Positions 44,301 through 50,300 of a DNA stretch of 64,000 nt are shown in pieces. The stretch is taken from assembly GCA_963924565.1 (NCBI GenBank), contig OZ004613.1:22382001-22446000 (forward strand). The letters are read 5' to 3'. The position numbers and the translations under genes were made by a program. Positions within the stretch are counted from its first letter, which is position 1. The number at the start of each line of letters is the position of its first letter. Origin of the DNA: Ascidiella aspersa (Eukaryota). A model generated the notes under the pieces. That model worked only from the letters and a program-made list of their open reading frames with translations. It was not told the DNA's origin and did no database searches.

Positions 44301-47300
44301 TCAAGCACTGTAAGTTGCCATTTTTATTTAGACAAGTGGCTTTTTAATCCAGTGCGATTTGTTCTGCTCTGCATTAATTCTATAGAGATAACTCGAATTC
44401 TAACAGTCCACCTAAATCTTACCACTGCGACGGCGTCGGTCTGTCTGTGCTCCTTAATCACCTTCTTATGCAGTCTCAGTAGCGCCGCCATCCAGAAGAG
44501 TGCGGTCAGAAGCACAGCAACCCTTACACTTGCAAATGAAACCCGCATTGCACTTTTCCATGGCTATAACAAGCCTTATGACCCCCTACAACACAGAGAG
44601 GGTAACACTGTTAAAAATTGTGCTAACAAATTGACAACCACAGTCTTACTGTTTGCATTTGTACTGTTTGCAAATGGATATATCATCTCGCATGGTGCAA
44701 TGTTTTGCAGATCGCGAGATTCTTCTGTTTAAACTTACAACTTTGTCATTTGATGACCAAGCAACAACAAAAAACAGTACAAATACACAGTAATTTTAAC
44801 AAATGACATTTGCAATAAAATCCCCTAAAACGATGCTTGCACGTGACTAAGGGAAAACGAATATTTGGTCTGTGTCAATACAAACAATACAAACAATACC
44901 AAGCAACAAAAAAATTATCAAAATAATGAGACTATTTTAGCGTGGCGAGAAAATAGCTGACATAGCCTACATAGGATAAAACGAATCTGATATGTGGCAG
45001 GGCGCAGCAGCTAACAGCCCTTAAACTAAAAGGTATACCATGATCCCTATCCATGTTTGGTTGAGAACCACTCTATTATTTAATGGCATACTGTTTTATT
45101 TGTAAACTGATCAAACACCTTTAACAGTAAAAGTGTGGTTTGTCCAGCAACTGAATGAAAAATGTGACCTTTATGATAGATACAACAAACTAAGGTAAAG
45201 CTAGCGAAACTGGGTTAACGCTTTCTAAACTTTTCTTGGTTAACTTGGTAGTACTTCACTGCGGCCTTAACATAAACGCACACAAAATTTTGTGTAATGC
45301 ATCGCATCACAAGTTACACAATGTTCTGAACGGGGCTACCACTGCTCACCATACAATGCAGCCTGAGCCTGAAACTCAAAATCACAACGCCTCGTATGAT
45401 GACAAGCGAACAGCATTCTGCGTCGCAAACGCCTTCCCAATACGTCTGCATCATTTACAAGAAACAAGAATTGCCCGAGGCACATTTGCGCTCAGGTCTG
45501 TTGATTTGTCCTCACATTGCCGAGATGTTGACTAGTCGCCTGAAAGCAGTCAGCGTCCTTGGACTGAATCAAGGCACGTCGGAATTGCGGTTTAGATGGT
45601 AGATAAGGCATAAAGTTCCAACCTGCTTTTCGGCAGGTGCAGTTTGACTTAAAATGTATGTGTCTTGGGCGTTGCCAGATATCGACGGTAGACCAAAAAT
45701 CCTTTGTTAAACGTGTAGGCTAAGTTGTGGTTTAATGCCAATTGGACATGAATGAAAAACAGGGGTAAAAATAAAAAGTAATAAACTGTACACCGGTTGG
45801 TTTCTTTCAAACATCGCACCAAACCGTTAACCAAAGCCGAAATCAAAGGCACTGTTTTAATATCATGCCACATTTTCGTCCGAGGGGTTATGTTGCTAAC
45901 ATAATTTGGGTTAGGGTGCGTCAAGCATTATTATTATATTTGTTCTCCCTATTTATTTGTTGCGTGCAATTTTAATTTTGACGACTCGTTTCGTTACTGT
46001 TCAAAAAGTGGTATGATTCGAAACCAGCCCTCAAACAACTTCCTGGCTTGGTTTAAAATTGTAAAAAAAATTGTTTTTTAAGGGTGTGAGATCTTGTCCC
46101 ACCTGAGCTCGAGCGATTACGCGCGAGTTATCAAGCTCATTCAGCACGCCATCATCAGCACCGACCTGGCGGTCTACTTCAAGAACAGGAACAACTTTTT
46201 CGACGTTGTCAAGTCGGCCAAACCGGATTGGCAAACCAACGACCAGCACCGCGATCTTTTGAGGTAGGAGGGCACGACAAGCTCCTATTTTGATCTCGTT
46301 AAAGCGACTTGGTCTTATGTTGCAACTTATGTCGCGCGCATTATATAAATATATATACATATATTTGACACCAGGGTAAAATGCGTAAGTAATGCGGACC
46401 TCTGTATGCGATTTTAGGCTGTTTACAAAAACCTTACGGTCAGCGTACATTGTCATTTTGCAACAGCCACTGTTTAAGCACTTCTTTCTAATGTTTTTTG
46501 GGCAAATTAGAAATTCTCGCCCCGGTTGAGCAAATCTGTTACACAACGAAAGATTGATTCGAAAAAAAACACGATTAAGTGTATTTTTAAAACCACAAAC
46601 ATATGTTTAAAAAACAATCTTTACCTTATATTATTACATTCTGGGGTGTCCTAATACCACCTTCCCCTGGTCGGAAGGTAGTTTTTTCAAACTATTGTTT
46701 GGTTTTTAAAAGTTTTAATGAACAAAATATATTTTTTTACATTAGTGATTAGTTATTTTCCGACGTTGGCTCACGTATGTTGCGTTTCTGCTAAAAAAAA
46801 ACCTTCTTCATATTAAAAAGAAATAAAATCCACCAGAGTTAAAACATTATTGGAACACGATGTTGAACTAAGTATGTCTGGCATTTTAGATGGACAAATA
46901 GAATAGCTTGTTTAAACGCTTTTACACATATTACAAATGTTGTCATACACTTTGATTTATTCATTTCTAAGAATAAAATTAAAATATGTCATTTTCTGTC
47001 AACTTTCGACACAAAACTTCGCCAAATGGAAATTTCACCACCTGCTTTGCATACTGGCCTATCTACTAACCGCTAAAGTCATTTGCATATACCAATAACA
47101 ATACATGGGTGCACTATGCACGGATTTGTAATGTAGCTTGATAATGAAATGCAAAGCCATGAAGGTCGAGTAGATTGACATAATCTTGATTGAGACATTT
47201 CCATACGAGTTTTGTCATCTTCAGTTAATGTGACTAAGAAGCAAAACAAGAATCATTTATAAAGGTGGGACGAAATTGTTATCAGTCTGCGTTTCTATAG

Positions 47301-50300
47301 TTGGATCATTATTTCTATTTTTTCTTTTATAAGTGATGCTTGTGTTGCTTCTCAGTCACATTAGCTAAATATAATACAAGTTCATATCGAAACGTCTTAA
47401 TCAAGATGATGTCGATCTATTCGACCTTTTTGGCTTTTCAATTCATTACCAATAGCCATACATCTGTCTGAAAATCTAAACACTGTGTTTTGCGGCACCA
47501 GGAGCGTTGTTATAACCGGGTGTGATATCGCCGGCATCACAAGGCCTTGGAACGTTCAGAAAAAGGTAGCTCTCTCTATCTCTCTCACCTGTCTGTTTTG
47601 TGTTTCATTCAAGCAGAGTGATGCTGTATATTGTGCCGCGACTTTGCACTTTAGAGCGCCCTATAATTTTTTCCTCGTGCCCGCACGCACGCATTGTCAC
47701 ACGCATTCGTGTTTTTGCACCCTCTACCCCCTCGTCGAAGCACACGGCACGCGTCGGCATGTGTATCGTCTCTATATAGTTTGCTAAAATACGAACCAGG
47801 ACCCTGAGAAGTCTATGAGAATGCTAGCTCTGAAATAATACCAGAAAATTCAGGATTGTTCTTTTAGTTGAAAACATAAATGCGATTTGGTTTATGAAAA
47901 TTTAGTAACTGTAGATAGTAAATTTTTCAACTTTGTTTAATACGGTTATATACATTTTTTTTGAACCGATTTCTAAATTTGTTTAACCCAGTATGCTTTC
48001 GTATTCTTTATACCACCGCCAAATTTGTGGATAGTTTTTCGCTTGAAATGTAATTTTGTTTGGGTATAAACTTAAAGTGAGGTCTTATCATGTCGCGTTC
48101 TCATAACGATAGTGTTCGTATGCGTTTTCTCCTATTTTTGGATGAGTTTAGGCGTTCTTTGCCAAAGGAGCGAACACACGTAGGAAACAAATCGCCGGTC
48201 ATCCCATCGCGTCATGCGTGTTGCGATTCAGTTTTCACCACTGTTCAACTACCTCGCTTCATCCTTATGCTTATTATCATTGCGATATAATAAGCTGTAA
48301 GCGGTTGGCTTTGAAAAAATCTCATACGCCGCATACTTGCGTTACCTGCTACATACGCATAGCAGCAACATGGCAGTAGCCATAAAAGTAATGCCTATAA
48401 TTTCTCATCATCATCATCGTAAAGTTACCAATTGTTTTCGCTCGTAAATCTGCGTTTGACGTGCAATCATATTGCCAGATTAAATATCGAATTAGACTTT
48501 TTTTGTATTCCATTGTAAAAGTCCTTTCGAAACTGAACTGTGGCCCTTATTGGAAAAAGGTAAGAAAACGAACCGTCGTCACATATATGCCTAAAGGAGT
48601 TGCTATACAGTTTTTTCATGAGTTTGACCACTCTTCCACAATAAATTACGGTGTATATTGTTAATAACTAACCTACCAGAAGTAAAGTTGATAATTTTTT
48701 AATCTGTGGTGGCTGTAACTTGGCTGGGTGAGCTTTTGCAATACCGTCAGGCCCTAAAACGGATTTGTGGCATTATTAGGCACCAATTAGACTCAATATC
48801 GACCCATTTTGATATTTTTGTCAAAATTCTACTTACCAACCTGTCATAATTTTCAATGTGCAAAATTGTACACTTTTAACGCTTGAAAATAGCAAAAGGC
48901 ACAGTAACTGAGATTGTTTTAATGTATTGCAGTATATTGGTCACATTTGTTTTAATACTCGGCAAACATGGAAAACTTATTTTGTTTTTTTCATTTGATA
49001 TTTTTTTGACAATAAATAAATATAAATTAATTTTACCTTACCTGCTTTGAGACAAAAATCAAACTGTTTTACACTTTTACTGCAACATCAGGCATTTAAA
49101 TTAGGTACAGCCAAAAGTGCCAGCCACGCTTATAAAGGCTATTTTATTTGTCAGACTGAAACATAAAATTGCTGTATTTTCAAATACATGATTTAAAAAA
49201 AAAATGAAATCCAATATATTTTAATTAAGGTAACAATAGCTCTATGTGAGATAAAACTGACTTATTAATCTGTTTCGTAAACAGTTATGCGATATATAAG
49301 CAACTTTTTTTGGTTGTAATATAAGTAAAATATATATATTTTGGCCAAACCATACTTGCGTCGGTTTCGCATGGTTAAACAGCTTCGTTATTATAAGATA
49401 CTTGTCCAACGCAGGGGCATGGTTATGACGGCCACTGATGTGTCAGCCATTACAAAGCCGTGGCTCATCGAACTAAAGGTACCTATTAAACTCGTTTTGT
49501 TATTGATCTATACCGCCGCGAAAATAGAATACGGTCATCGCTCGTGAATTCGTCCACAATTCTATTAAAAATGGTTACTAGAGATGTCCAAAGTTACGAG
49601 AGATGTCCAATCCCTCCTGTTTTGAATCGGAAACCACCACCTGGTGTTTTTTTTTGCGAAAGGTCAACCGTCCGATCGGATACCAAATGACGTCGATACT
49701 GTACTAAAATAGGCAAACTTCAACTTGCAAAGGTTTAAAATTGGTTTGGTGTGAGAAATTTCAATTATTTTAATAGAAATCATACGACTGATACCCCATT
49801 ACTATCACAATATGACATCAGACTTTAAACATCTCTGGTTTTTACCAACTCTACCACCCTTAACGTTTCACAGCGATCACCGTATTCTAATAACTGCGAG
49901 AATATAACATTACTTATTTTGCCGTTTTCTGTTGTTAGTATATAGTCTCGATCGGCAGTAATTTCCGTTCGTAGGCAAAGATTTTTATTTTTTGACCAAC
50001 CTATCGATTCGTATAGAATGGAATATTCCATTGTGCTAACGACAAATCTTTTCTAGATTACTTTGTGAAAGCGCAATATATTGTGAAACTACAAACAAAT
50101 TTTAAAACGCGTATATTAGAAATCCAACTGATAAAATATTTAAGTTTAAATGTAACCATGGAGAGTGGCGGACAGTAGGGTATTTGCCAAAAGGTAATTT
50201 GATTAATCATAATACACTTTAGAGTAAGCACGGTTGGTTACGAGTCATGCTTATACAACAAGAAAAAAAAGAATACGAATTGCCATTTTGCAACGACGTG

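Noticed and set aside
45236-45625. GC-richer patch with short ORFs between MGAT5 and PDE exon 17
   Set aside because: The three minus-strand frames after the candidate acceptor all hit stops and the plus ORFs have no motif; may be an MGAT5 5'UTR exon but unsupported.
46031-46546. 171-aa minus-strand ORF
   Set aside because: Antisense shadow of PDE exon 17.
46270-47682. 8-bp complement GGGCACGA / TCGTGCCC that would loop out exon 18A
   Set aside because: An 8-mer match is expected by chance between kilobase introns; worth revisiting only if conserved.
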